Part shown: positions 14,101 to 26,470 of the stretch, piece after piece
How the letters are laid out: every line of letters begins with the position of its first letter
How positions within the stretch are numbered: position 1 is the first letter of the stretch
Assembly: GCA_903813345.2 (NCBI GenBank)
Contig: CAIIXF020000001.1
Coordinates: forward strand, 10,726,001-10,790,000
Source of the DNA: Owenia fusiformis
Lineage: Eukaryota
Direction of reading: 5' to 3'
Length of the DNA: 64,000 nucleotides
Translations under genes and position numbers: made by a program
The notes under the pieces: model-generated
What the model was told of the DNA's origin: nothing
Database searches by the model: none
What the model saw: the letters and a program-made list of their open reading frames with translations, nothing else

Positions 14101-17100
14101 TCTTATTGTTCACAAGAGTAGGTACTATCTGTGGACTGGAGCGGGCAGAACCACTTTTGACGTTTGACCAGCGTATGGCTGGTTTTATCAGATACTACCC
14201 TATTACCAGCATTTACTATGGGTCAGTGCTTCTCAGATGCTTCATGACTTCATTCTGAAGTATCCACTAGTGATTTTATCTTGCATTCTATTGAAGGAAT
14301 GATGTTATCTGGCGTTCTATTGACAGACATAATGTTCATTTGTGCCTGATGTTGAAAGATAGCGATATTTCCAAGACGTGGTAAATAGAAAATGATCTAG
14401 AGTCAAGAGTAGCACTTGGCTCGCCTCAGTACTATAACCATACTATACCAACCAAGTAAACTTTAAAAACACCATATCATGTCTTGATAACTTTCAAATA
14501 TTTCAGTCCAATGTGCTGTCAGTCAAATGTTTCCCTATCTCGCAAGCATCCTCTTTAGTAATGATATTTGCAACATTTTATGTTCCCTGAAACTGATGCC
14601 TAATAATTCTTGTCAGATTTCTGTCAGATGTTTACCACAAATAAATCGCTATTGTAAGAGTTGTTGATTTTGAAATTGAAATATCGCTATTTAAATCAGT
14701 AAGTCAGGAAATGGTTATTTTTATAATAGTTTGTCTCAGATACTAGTAGTTGAGAAATAGCGAAGTTTGTTGTTTATAGCGCACTAGTATTTTAGCTAAA
14801 GACTACGAAGTGTTGACTACGAAGAAGGTTTAGGCAGTTACATATATCTAATGAAAAGTCAGGATTAGAACAAAATCATATTCTCTGACCTTAAAAACTG
14901 ATGACTTTAAACACGAATCGCAAAATTGCTATATTGCCAGAAAATCTGACAGATTTGCATAGCCTATATGGCTTAAACTTTGTTTAGTTTATGCATAGGG
15001 AGCTAGGTTAGATTATTAATAGAAAAAACAAAGAAAAACAATCATATGGTTATAAATAATCTGTCAGTCATTGATAATTCCCAAGAGCATTGCCTAATCT
15101 GGCCGAGACGGTACATTTTGGCTGATCATGGTTTTCTGACTTTGTTTCATGATTGACAAGCAGGTATCTTAATTGGCGTGGGAGGAGAGAATCTTAACAC
15201 CGTGATTTTCACATAGAACGATCTACTGTCTGTTTGTGGCATTATAATGGTCTGTCACAATTATTGCCCCTGAGCGACTCCGAAATTGTGACACAGGTCG
15301 ATCTCAGGGTCAACAGGATTGGGGAAATCACATCATGATAAACCATGACATCTCATTTCTTCTCAGCCTTGAGATGTTTCTGGTGAAAAATGAAGATGTT
15401 GCGGCAAAATCGGCAAATAATTTGTCCAATCTTGGCTATATGATTCATCCCCGGGGATTTATCCCTATGTATTATAAGGCCATTAACAGAAGTAGTTATT
15501 AGCGTGTAGGTAGACGGTTCTGCTGATGAAGGCGGTTCACAACCCACATACAAACCTAGCTACCGGATACTGAAATATTCATTTGTACTTTATTAATTGT
15601 CTGTTGCATTTAGATCAGTGGTTGTTTGATAGATGATGCTCCTATCTAGCATTCCACCTGGTCTGATGTCAGTCAGAGTAGGAGCTAATTAAATTAAGTA
15701 TTGTTTCTCCTCTATCTAGCCTCGTGAACTGATAATTTCGTTCATCTGATGGCTCTTTAATTAAGATAAATGCGTTAGGTCTAAAATAGCGAAAGGTTAT
15801 AATGCTTTCGCCTTACTTCTCCCGTCCTGTTTATCAAATAAAATAACGAACATCACAACATTCCTAATTCCCGATCATTCAACACCAAACTACTTTTAAC
15901 CAATGAGTCTCAGCCATGCGTTAAATTTCATCCTTTTTAGATTCCTGCAATTTTAATTTGAAGGAATTTGGGGTGTTTTGGTGCAATATGCACCAGCAAC
16001 AATATCCATGATTGAAGCAATGCCATTTGAACAATTGAGAAAAGTGTTTACGGTCGTTAATATGCTGCTTTTGTCGGTATAGGCAGATACATATTGACTG
16101 TTTCTTAAAAAAATCTAAATTTAGGCTGACAGAAATAATTTAATTGTTTGTGGGTACATGTTCGTCTACATTTAATGTTTTTTCATCACCAGTAGACCGT
16201 AAAACAGGTACGTCTTGTTTAGGTAAAATGAAATGATTAACGGTCTTGGTACTTGGTTTGTGTAAAAGTAGGAAGTACTAAAAGACGCATTCACTTGGAA
16301 ATGTGTACAGACGTATCACTCCTATGACTATAAGCATCTTCGGATAAGCTTCCCCTAACTTTGTTTATGTTAAAACCGTGTTAATAGAAATGAACCGAAA
16401 CTAAAAACGTTTAACCTTTACTTGATGTTCATGCAGATTCAATAGAACTAAGGAAGCAATACAGACTTTGTCAATGACTGTTTCTGAGGCTAATACACTT
16501 AAGGGACCAGAAAGTAAATGGGATCCAATGATGTATTTAGCAGATCATACTCTATGTCCATGTGTGACATAGATGAGATATATCCCATTCGTAAATTGAT
16601 TATCAATTATGTTATGTACGTGTTTAGAATGTCAATTAGTGACATACATCCCAATGCAAGATCCCTGTGTTCCATCAATCGTTGGCAATATTGTAATTGT
16701 TTTTACGTTCAAACCCAGGTTTTGACATATGAGAAACTGGTTTGTTTCTCAATAACAATCGGCAGTTTCAAGCTAAGAGGGATTTACAAACAAATCTGGA
16801 CTTATTTCCAAACATGATCCGGGAAATACAGCGTTCATTGAGGGAATGTGTCAGGGATCAGTCAGCACGGGAAGGCAGCCATGACAAATGAGTGGCAAAT
16901 GCTTATAGAACATTAAAGATCATATCACCCATAGCCTGCCAAAGCAACCCGTCTCCCTCGAGAAAAACAACATGACATCTAGTCTTGAAATGCAAAAACG
17001 AGTTTAAAACATGGAGATAGCCATACATAAAGGAAACAGACAAAGAAAAACCAATGTGTGATGTGTAGAAATTCAGAAAAATATAAATTCTCTCAGATTG

Positions 17101-20100
17101 TTTAGAAAAGAAAGGGAGTCAAGAATGGGCAGAGGGGAATTTAAGAACAAGCAATCGCTTATTTACAGTCTCGGTTGAACCATGTATTTTGGTATTGTTT
17201 TCCAATTCCTTTTGAAATGTAAGTAAGGTAGTTGATTTAAGAAATGTCTAACTGTTTTTTTTCCCAAACATAACAGTTGATTTTCAAGCCATAATATACA
17301 GAAGGTCCCTTTAAAATGGGCAACTCTCTCCTGCAATCTTGCCATTTTTAATTGTCCAGGTACCATTTACAAAAGTATGACTGTCACTGTATTTTAAACA
17401 TAGGAGTTTGCCTGTACATTGTATCTTAAAGTAGAAATGTTTTTTGATCAAGTATATCAAATCAGAATACGTAATTACCAAAAAAACTTTGCAGTTTAAA
17501 TGGGTATCAGATTAACTTGGATCTGACTATACGTGACTGATATTCATTTCAATACCCAATGCGGTCATAGAGATCATACCATCAGCACCAAAACTGTAGG
17601 TTCATTTGAGATACTCAAAAAGTAGAAAATTATTGCTATAGACTGAGTATCATTCCTTCCAATCTTACTCGCATGTACAAGGGGCTCCATCGCTTCTTCT
17701 GCAGCAATAAAGGTCTAAAAGTCACATTTAGATAACTAATGAATGCAGTTAGCAATATAGCTGAAGACCATAAATATGGTACATCGCCCTCTCATGCCGA
17801 ATAACCATTTAAAAACTGATTTGGAACATAAAAAGAGTTTCTGAAGATATGCCAGTGATCATTGATTTGTCAAATCAGTCATGGTCATCCATTACTGTTT
17901 TAATAGTCACTTTTATCAATCAAACAACTCGTGGTTTTATCTCTTCTCGGGCGATCACATTTTGATGTACTAACACACAAGATAACCGAACTCCCACCTT
18001 CAAAAACGTGTTTGGTGAAATAAATCATAATGTAATTTAAATAAAATATATGAGACCCCGGTAGAATAAAGTCTGCTCATTTTGATCCATCGTTTTACCG
18101 AACAACTCGTTCGTGGTCATAATTGCGGTTTTTTCTTTGACTGCTTCAAAGAGGTTTCTAAAATCTATGGCAAGTACCTTAAGAAATCCTCGAAATTCTC
18201 ATAAAATGCTCATAGAATTTTGAGTTAATTTGTTATTAATGTTTTTTGCTCTTCACTTATGAAGGAAAGTAGGGTACTTGAAGATGCTGGTATCGTTAGA
18301 ATGCGATTCTCCCTCTATAGAGCTGCTATACAGACGTGCCTTTACCGATATATCGTCTATCAATAGAGCCTTCATCCATTAGCTCAATTTTACAGCTATT
18401 TCATTCTTATTTTATCTAAATACTGCTGCATTTTATATGGACCTCCAAGGTATTTAATTGTGGAATAAAAATGCGCTGACAAATCTCTTATAGTTCTAAG
18501 GCTCTGTTTTAAATTTACGACAGCCTAACGCTCGTCATGTGGTTCTGACTTACCTTTATCCGCCTTATCATAATTCGGGGAGATTTGACGAGGTTACGCC
18601 ATGATACATTCGTTGATAATGCCATATAGATTATAGGGAGTACTGTTATACATTAAAACTGACACCCCTTTCTATGTTCTATATCAACAGATTTACAGAA
18701 ACAAGATGCCATAGCTGTAACGCTAAATTGATGATACGCAGGTACACGTTAGACAAGACATTACACGTGTGATGATGGTAACTGAAACTGAGAACAAACC
18801 AACAAAGCCGTGGAGTCATAAAGTTAAATCCGCATCATTTATCATCTAGACATGCCACAATTTCGCACACGAAAAAACCTTTACAAACCCAAACACTGAC
18901 ACTGACATTTTAAACAGGATTTACACCTTAATTTTAGATTTTTATATGAAAAACTGATTTATGACTTTCCCGTACCTGTGTATTAGTCCTTCTTACAGAA
19001 ACTAGTCGTTTATCATAGTCCTTTTGAGAAATGTCGACCTTTACCTAAGTGACACTTCAATAAATTTGACTTATTTTAAATCTTAATAACCGCAATTTTT
19101 TTTAATTCCAACATTGACGAAATACAACTGTAAAAGTCAGAGTGCCACGGTGCTATCTTATTTAAGATTACAAGTTGCCATTCAGTACCATTCTTCGTGA
19201 TCCCCCTCCACAATTCTGAAGAATGAAAAAAATATTTGATTATCAGGAAATCTGTCGTATGCTTCGGGGATCGTGCTCCGGGGTCAAAACAAGATCATAT
19301 ACGGTTTAACTGAGCGTGAGGATGACACTGCCACATTTGCTGTTCTCATTTGCGACGGTAGAATTATTTGTCGTTCTGTACATTTTCAAATAAGTAAGAT
19401 ATATTTAAACAAACTGAAATAAAGCTCAACAGGTCCACATACACTCACGTAGACAAATGTTTAAAGTGAGCATATGTTTATGAACGTAATTCAGTGCGAA
19501 GGCAACGTACTTGGGGAACTTAAGCAAGTGAAGTCAGTTTTACTTCATCATAGGTACTATCAGTCAATAGTACAAACTCTATCACTAGTTTTTCGAAATT
19601 ATTTGACGTCAATAGAAATCCTTAGATCAACCAAAATTATTCATTATAGTTAGCGGTAAACAGCGGTGTTTCAGTAGCGGCCAGCAGTTCACCGGTAGCA
19701 GTCAACAAAAGTTACCAGTGACAACAGTACACTGTAGCGGTCAACAGTATACCGTAGCGGTCAACTGTCGGTGTATTGTTGACTTTTAATTAACCAATCA
19801 AAACTGAGTACTGAAACCAGGGTGTTAACAAAGCTGATGACTTAACGCACGAATGAGTATTATTGAAGTAACTGATTAATCCAGGTCTTGTTTAAAACTC
19901 ATGTCTGTACTCCGAACTGTAATGACCCTGAAACATCAAGGTCGGTGATACCCTGAAATATAGAAACTTCATTAGGAAGTCGGAATCGAATATAACAGAT
20001 GGTTAAGGTTGAATAAGTAAAGGTTAGCTGGGTCGGTCCTCCAGGCGTGATTTTATTTCGTTTTCGCCAGTGTTTACATGTTTTCTGGAGGATGGTTCTT

Positions 20101-20850
20101 GTTCACGGGGTTCGGTGTCTGATGCATTCAATACTGGATTCGTCATCAATTCTGCCTCTTCAGCTCTGGAACAATGTGGTTGAATTGTTCGAGTAAATAG
20201 TTTTCTCTTTTCTAGAAGGATCTGGCTGGTTGATTCCTCTCATCAGTTCCACTGAGATGACGAGAGCTGCCATCTTTAAAAGCGTATATATTGTTCTACT
20301 TTACAATCGGAACCTATGATTTTACCTGATGACCCTTGATCTTGTTGAAAATTATTAATATGTGCCATCTTTGTGCTTTCAGGTTATAGACGACAACATG
20401 CGTGTGGAGTGTAAATGTCACGGCGTTTCGGGTACATGCGAGCTGAAAACCTGCTGGAGGGCAATGCCCACTTTTAGAACTGTGGGTGAAAAGCTGAAGG
20501 AGAAATTTGATGGCGCAACAGAGGTTGAACAAAGACGGATTGGAACACGAAGACAGCTTCTACCTAAAAATCCCCAGTTCAAACCTCATACAGGTTCCGA
20601 CCTGGTGTATTTAGTCCCATCTCCTGATTATTGTGAGATGGACCCACATACAGGGTCAATAGGGACAAGCGGACGGTTGTGCAGTAAAGCATCTAAAGCT
20701 ATAGACGGTTGTGACTTAATGTGTTGCGGAAGGGGGTTCACTACACGTGTTAAAACAGTGACTGAGAGATGCATGTGCAAGTTTCATTGGTGTTGTTATG
20801 TGAAATGTAAGGAATGCCAGAGAGAAGTAGAGGAACACACGTGTTTATGA
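5117..20850 (+). CDS. Wnt4: Wnt4, complete gene, 4 coding exons (5117-5199, 6436-6671, 9506-9780, 20383-20850), 353 aa
   Basis: The exons join in frame over GT-AG introns (phases 2,1,0). Signal peptide [21 protein letters not shown]. Wnt motifs: [54 protein letters not shown] (palmitoleoylated Ser), [43 protein letters not shown] and [13 protein letters not shown] are Wnt4-type. Confidence 0.95.
6436..6671 (+). CDS. Wnt4: Wnt4 exon 2
   Basis: TGTAG acceptor, reads ALGLSQ...[16 protein letters not shown]...NQ, GTAAGG donor. Confidence 0.95.
6920..7134 (+). repeat. Dispersed repeat; second copy at ~37646-37862
   Basis: About 215 bp (TCTGTATTGTCATAATTATGATGAATTCC...GTTGCCTACCCTTCTAGTTGAAAG) recurs in the same orientation in a NAGLU intron. 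Confidence 0.8.
7597..8472. mobile_element. Tc1/mariner-type MITE with long TIRs in Wnt4 intron 2
   Basis: TIR CACTCCCCTCCATAAGTTTGGCAACC...; about 230 bp arms, near-perfect; TA on both flanks; no ORF. Confidence 0.85.
9506..9780 (+). CDS. Wnt4: Wnt4 exon 3
   Basis: TTTCAG acceptor, reads [16 protein letters not shown]...[17 protein letters not shown] donor. Confidence 0.95.
10547..10733. mobile_element. Short MITE (CAGGCCCG...CGGGCCTG); related inverted copy at ~30390-30562
   Basis: About 15 bp imperfect TIR, flanked by direct repeat CATAG/CATAG, with a poly-G tract inside. A reverse-complement homologue lies in a NAGLU intron. Confidence 0.7.
12226..12435. repeat. Minisatellite, 43-bp unit, about 5 copies
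   Basis: GATGGTCGTTCGTGGCCACCAATTGGAACTTGCTGTGACACAC repeated in tandem with no spacers. Confidence 0.95.
20383..20850 (+). CDS. Wnt4: Wnt4 exon 4 (terminal)
   Basis: TTTCAG acceptor, reads [17 protein letters not shown]...EEHTCL then TGA. Confidence 0.97.
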   Translation, partial: VIDDNMRVECKCHGVSGTCELKTCWRAMPTFRTVGEKLKEKFDGATEVEQRRIGTRRQLLPKNPQFKPHTGSDLVYLVPSPDYCEMDPHTGSIGTSGRLCSKASKAIDGCDLMCCGRGFTTRVKTVTERCMCKFHWCCYVKCKECQREVEEHTCL

Positions 20851-21166
20851 AAAACGTGAAATTCATCCACTTATCCATCCTCATTCCATACATCTAGACA
20901 GAGATTACCCTGCGACCGATAGAGCACACACGCTATGCAAACTGACGAAAAACAACAGACATTGGTGCCACGTGGCTGGTGCTGACTGCTGATCGTGCCC
21001 AACATATCAGTAGTCAGTGACGAATTATTTAAGTATACTCCAAAAGTGCCTGCAAAGTACGACATGTCGTTTGATGTCGACTGAAAAAATATTTGCGACG
21101 AAGAACTGCTGACTCGACGACCTTTTAATAATACCATCATCGTACGTGTACGTCCAGAAAAATGTC

Positions 21167-21337
21167 ATTATCTTCGAGAACCAAATACGCAGTCTCAAAT
21201 ACGTAACATTATCTTCGAGAACCAAATACGCAGTCTCAAATACGTAACATTATCTTCGAGAACCAAATACGCAGTCTCAAATACGTAACATTAGGCCTAT
21301 CTTCGAGAACCAAATACGCAGTATCAAATACGTAACA
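21167..21337. repeat. Minisatellite, 41-bp unit, 4 copies, in the presumptive Wnt4 3' UTR
   Basis: TCTTCGAGAACCAAATACGCAGTCTCAAATACGTAACATTA repeated in tandem. Confidence 0.95.
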
Positions 21338-21495
21338 CATTTCGGATGACTACATTTTTCATGGGTTCTGAAATATTAGAAACTGTCTCCCATTTAAAAT
21401 AATGTAACTGAAATTAGTATAATATGAGCCTTCCAGGAAGCTCACACTGAAATAAAAGATAGCTGATTCAAAAAGTAACATTATCCTTTGCTAAT

Positions 21496-21634
21496 ACCTT
21501 GGTCACATTTGCTCCGATTTTCACTACGGCGCCCGGCCGATTGAGTATTTTGTTCAAAATTGAATACAATATTGAGCAAAACACTCAATCGGCCGGGCGC
21601 CGGCCGATAGATCGGAGCAAATGTGACCCAGGCA
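21496..21634. mobile_element. Palindromic PIF/Harbinger-like MITE; second copy at ~28887-29025
   Basis: Near-perfect hairpin CCTTGGTCACATTTGCTCCGAT...ATCGGAGCAAATGTGACCCAGGC with TAA/TTA flanks. Confidence 0.75.
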
Positions 21635-22041
21635 TTATCTATTGTAGATCTACTAGTGAAAATGAGTAATCTAATAGCATAAATAGTGAGTTGTTTTTTA
21701 CAAGTTTAAGTTCTGCAGTCACCAGTAAATACTAAATACTGAAGATTATATCTGCATGTCACGTAGTTCATGTGTATGACATTACGCAACTGAAGACGCG
21801 ATTTATTTAGTAGAAAATAACAATTTCGTATTCAGTTGCGTTTTTAAAATGTATTAATATATCAAGAAAATAGGTTATATAACCTTTTTTGTACACACAG
21901 CTTGTAAAAATGTAAATATGAAAATATCTGGTTTATATCATTTCGTTATCGTATTTAAGTTTTAATAATATTATTTATACTGTAAACATATTGAGTGCAG
22001 TTAAGTATTTCATTAACGATGTGAATGTCATTGAAACTGTA

Positions 22042-22074
22042 AATAAAAGTAGATATGTGAGTACATAGAAATAA
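22042..22074 (+). terminator. Candidate Wnt4 polyadenylation signals
   Basis: AATAAA at 22042 and 22069 (another at 21452), after an AU-rich tract with ATTTATTTA at 21801. Confidence 0.4.
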
Positions 22075-22516
22075 ATGCCTTTTTAAAAACATTGTTCCAT
22101 ATTTGATTAGATTGACATTATGACTAAGCCGTCTTTATCCTATTGCAAAAGTAACCAAGAGTTTAGCAGCTATGAGCTAATAAAAAAGTTTGAAAACAAT
22201 TCAAAAAGCCCGCGCTCAATCACTTTTATAACTTTTTTGATTGGATGATTCTTGTGATGTCATGTTGTAGAACTATAGAAAACATGCATTGATCAGCCAA
22301 TGGTGCAGACATGCCGTTTTTGTATTTTCTTATGGCCAGTATGACCATATAATCAGACATGCCATCCATTTGACACACTATTTTGTGAAATTCACAAATA
22401 GCTAGCTAGGCAAGGTGTGTCCAATTCCAGCTAATCTGAACCTAGTATTTCATATAACTGCAGCGCATTATATCAACAATCACCGCATCCAAGGTTGACT
22501 CTTTGTGTGGTTGTTA

Positions 22517-22864
22517 AAGCTAAGTTCACACCAACGGCCCTGTGATGGCGCTTTAAAGCTTTGCATGGCGCTTTGAAGCTCCATCAAAGCGCCGTTGGTG
22601 TGAACTTAAGCTAAGTTCACACCAACGGAGCTTTGATGGCGCTTAAATGCGGCGTGCAAATCGGCTTTGCACGCCGCATTAAAGCGCCATCAAAGCGTCG
22701 TTAGTGTGAACTTAGCTTTAGTGACATGGTAGAGAATATTTTGCAATGTGTGAATTAGTTCACACCAACGGCGCTTTGATGGCGCTTTATAAAGAGGCGT
22801 GCAAATCGGCTTTGCACGGCGCTTTAAAGCACTATCAAAGCGCCATTGGTGTGATCTTAGCTTT
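22517..22864. mobile_element. Cluster of three related palindromic MITEs (AGCTAAGTTCACACCAACGG...)
   Basis: Three hairpins of about 90-110 bp share termini GTTCACACCAACGG / CGTTGGTGTGAACTTAG. TAA/TTA flanks suggest PIF/Harbinger. Confidence 0.75.
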
Positions 22865-23628
22865 AAGCCCAAGACTCAGAGATGCATTGTGGAATGACCA
22901 TTCTTTTCAGGCATTGTTTCCTAAAATTAATACTCAATGCTGCGTTCTCGTGCAAATTGGGAAGCACCATTTTCAAGGAATGGTCTTTCGACATTGAACT
23001 GAGTCCATGGCTTAAATCATTAAGTATGCAACTGAATACCATCCTTATAGTAGGATGACAAAAAACTAAAAATACATCAGTGCATTTACCAAGCTTAGGG
23101 CAAAGAAATTATTTTCATTATATCAAAATCACATTGCAGTTGGCAACTAACAATTGCTGCACCTCGAATACTTTGGGATTGTTCACATTGTCCAAAGGGC
23201 TTAATATCAATTAGAGGCTCGTCAAAAATGCAGATGACTTTACGTAATGTTTGAAATGTTTATGCACATTGTATTTTCATTTATTTCAATTGATTTGATC
23301 AATCGGGGCCTAACGTGAAACGGTAAGTAACTAAATTGACCATTATGTATCGTATGTTTAGTAACCAGGAATTCATCAGAGACATACCAGTAGTCTTCGC
23401 GTTTGGTTACTTGTAAGTTAAGGAAGGTCCTACCGCGAGTATCGCAGACTCAGGAGCGAAATGTTTCGTGACGTGTAACGTAACTTCAAAAATATAGTTT
23501 GTAGGTTTCCAGAACACAAAGTTAAACATGGTTTGATATAAAGTTGCTATAATCAAAAATGAATATGAGCTTCGTTGTCTCAACAGTTGCGTTGCGGTCT
23601 TCTCGATTAGTTGGTTCATTTGCAGAAA

Positions 23629-24664
23629 ATGGTAAGCTCGTCAGTTTTAGCTGTGCTTTGCATTGCCTTGGTGGGATGTGTTCTCGCAGACCCTGCTCAT
23701 AGGTCTCATCACGGACACCACGCTCATGGTCATAGCGTTCATGGACACGGTCATCACGTTCATGGTCACGGTCATCACGTTCATGGCCACGCACATCATT
23801 CACATGGACACAGAGCTCACGGACACCATGGATCTCACCACGGACATCATTATGGTTATGGTATGCATAAATATAATTAGCCTAATATCTGTTCTTTTTT
23901 CTCGCGATACATATAATAAAAACACAATATAATGCCAAAATTCATTGAAATCATCAGGTTTATATTCGTTATTATATATGTCATGATATAGTGACAAACG
24001 AAAAAATAGTACTTTTAAAATGACAATTTTTTTGTCCATATAGTACTACATACTTGGATGAAGTACTGGCCATCCTGGCTATAACAAAACGAAAAAGGTC
24101 ACTTTTAAAATGCCAATATTATCTGCCTAATATCTTGACTGATGATTCGTTCTATCATTGTTACGATAGTTCTCCGACTCTTTCGGAAATTCCATCACTC
24201 CAATTTTCAGCTCCTCTTGGTAGATTACGCTTACCCCATCTCCCTACCTCATTTATCAAATTTTCCTGATCATACATCTCATTCTCTCTCAAGTTTATGA
24301 CGCCATGTCTCATCTCCCTAGTCTTGTAACCCCAGTGACCCCATCCGGCTCCTTTCTTTCTAGCACCACGGTAAATCACCCAAAACTTAAAGAATGTTTC
24401 AATCTATGTAACGCAATTACTTTCATTCTTCTAGACCCCTGCAAGGGACGAGATGACATGGAGTATAACCTTGACGCCGCCTTCCGCGCTAAATTCCCCT
24501 ACGCCGTACCCGCCTGTAGCTTCGTGAAGTGCCACGGTGGTAGAAGCTTCCTACAGTGGTGTGCCAAGGGAACGATGAACGATGAATGGGGACGTGGGTT
24601 CTGCTTATACCAGGACAATGTTGGTAGATGTGGCAAGCCTTTCCCCGGATACGGCCATCATTAG
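23629..24664 (+). CDS. Secreted His/Gly-rich protein with C-terminal six-Cys chitin-binding type-2 (CBM14/peritrophin-A)-like domain; exons 23629-23860 and 24435-24664; 153 aa
   Basis: Signal peptide MVSSSVLAVLCIALVGCVLA. 28 His in the next 57 residues, with VHGHGHH repeats. Phase-1 intron G|GTATGC...TTCTAG|AC joins in frame to DPCKGRDD...CSFVKCHGGRSFLQWCAKGT...GFC...RCGKPFPGYGHH*. Cys spacing is C-x24-C-x4-C-x9-C-x13-C-x8-C. Confidence 0.8.
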
Positions 24665-26470
24665 GAGTTATATACTTGAATATAAATGATTCCCTAATTG
24701 AGATTGGAACTGTTAATTATGATTTTAACTAAATATATAACATTATTTAGTTAAAAATGTTTTGTTAGAATGGATAGGATATATGATACATAAATGCACA
24801 AGTGAAAGGATTTAAGACTTACTGGTCCATGGGTATTTGCTCTTGTCCAATATTCTTACTTCTCTATATTCTTATTATGATTTGACCAATTTTGGTGATT
24901 TATTCAAGGCATGTATAAGGAAAGACATACTTGAGATCCAGATATCCCCTTTTACCATATACTTTAAATAAAATATTATTTGATATAGTGCATATGTTTG
25001 GTGTTTATTTTTACTAATGATGACTAATAAGTCCTATTAAAATACAAGTTTCTCCCTGTATACTGCTGCATGGCATAGCTTTGGCACAGAAGAACTGCTA
25101 CAATATTACATTTTCAAATAGACAATTGCAGATGGTCTGTAAGTCCATGATTCATGGACAATATACATAGAGAACAGTCCATACTGCAAAATTCAATAAG
25201 AAGACATGCTTTAACAAAACAGAACTACATCCTTCATGATCCACCACTATTCCTCAATTGTCATTGTTACAAGGCTTATAGCTGGTAATGGCTTTCACAA
25301 AATAGAAACTACTTATTTTCTGCGTTATGTCTCTGAATATGATAATGTACTACTAAATGTACAACGTTTACGATACTACAGTACTACTATTATGCTGTTC
25401 TCCAATATTATCTAGTATTATCATTTTCATTTTCCAAGAAAAATATTATCTTCAATAATACTTGATCAATGGAAAATCATTACTTGTAAAATTCAATCAA
25501 TTGAGGTCGTTCGAGTATTTATCTTTCCTTCCAAATAAAAAATGAAGTACAAAAATATCAATTTAGTAAAAATATATTTAAATGCAAAATGTTTACTTTG
25601 AGAGACTTTTTCTTATACATTCACATCACTAAAACCATGTAAATGGCAATATAAAGTTTGCCGTCCAAATCTAGCAGTTGTACACCCTCCCCTCTCAACA
25701 ATAATGAAATATGATATTGTTGATTTGCTTTTCAAGAAATCAGCATTTATCACTAATGAAATTAACTTTTTTTCAACAACGTTTGATATTTGGGCACCAT
25801 CTCTTATTGTATGAGTTGAGTATCACAGGCAATATCAGTTGCACCCTTTGCATTTGTTCAACGTCACTTCTTAAAAGAGAGCTTCATCTTCTAGTTTATA
25901 ACTAGACTTTGCATGCAGGGTATTATCAGTTGTATATAGTTTTACAAATAAGGTTAACATCTATATGTATGTAAGTAAAATTAGCCAACCCTGGTGCATA
26001 TAATAGTACTATATATCTTTATATATTCATACATAATGATTTAATGTTCATATTTGACAGGTTTATCAAATCTGTACAAGATCTGTTCAAAAATTGCACT
26101 GCTTAAGTCCTAACAGGAAGTAAAAGGGATACAGAAAAAATGGCTATTCTCTAAAACGTCTAACAGTTAAGACTTTCACATAATCATTCGATTTTTAGTG
26201 GTTATCTGCAAAAACAGATTTTTCAATTCTAATGAATTTAGAATTTCTGAATCTTCAATGTCCAATAACTTCAATAACTAAATTAATGACTGCAAGGAAA
26301 ACATTGGCATGAATAGATCACACTCAGTAACCCTTAATTTCCTTTATTAAAATGACTGTGCTGAACAAATTGTTCATGCATAGTATCAAATAACAATTTT
26401 TTCAAAGATACAATAGTACTATGAGCTAAATATTTTGCATAGAATGTTCAGTATCATCATATTAGGCAGT

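Noticed and set aside
9781-20382. Short ORFs and homeobox-like motifs (TAAT, TGACA) in the 10.6-kb Wnt4 intron 3
   Set aside because: No recognisable protein. Enhancers are plausible but cannot be supported without conservation or chromatin data.
23522-23932. Overlapping ORFs HERDDR.. (-) and MDTVITF.. (+)
   Set aside because: Alternative frames of the His-rich exon; only the His frame has a signal peptide and an in-frame second exon.
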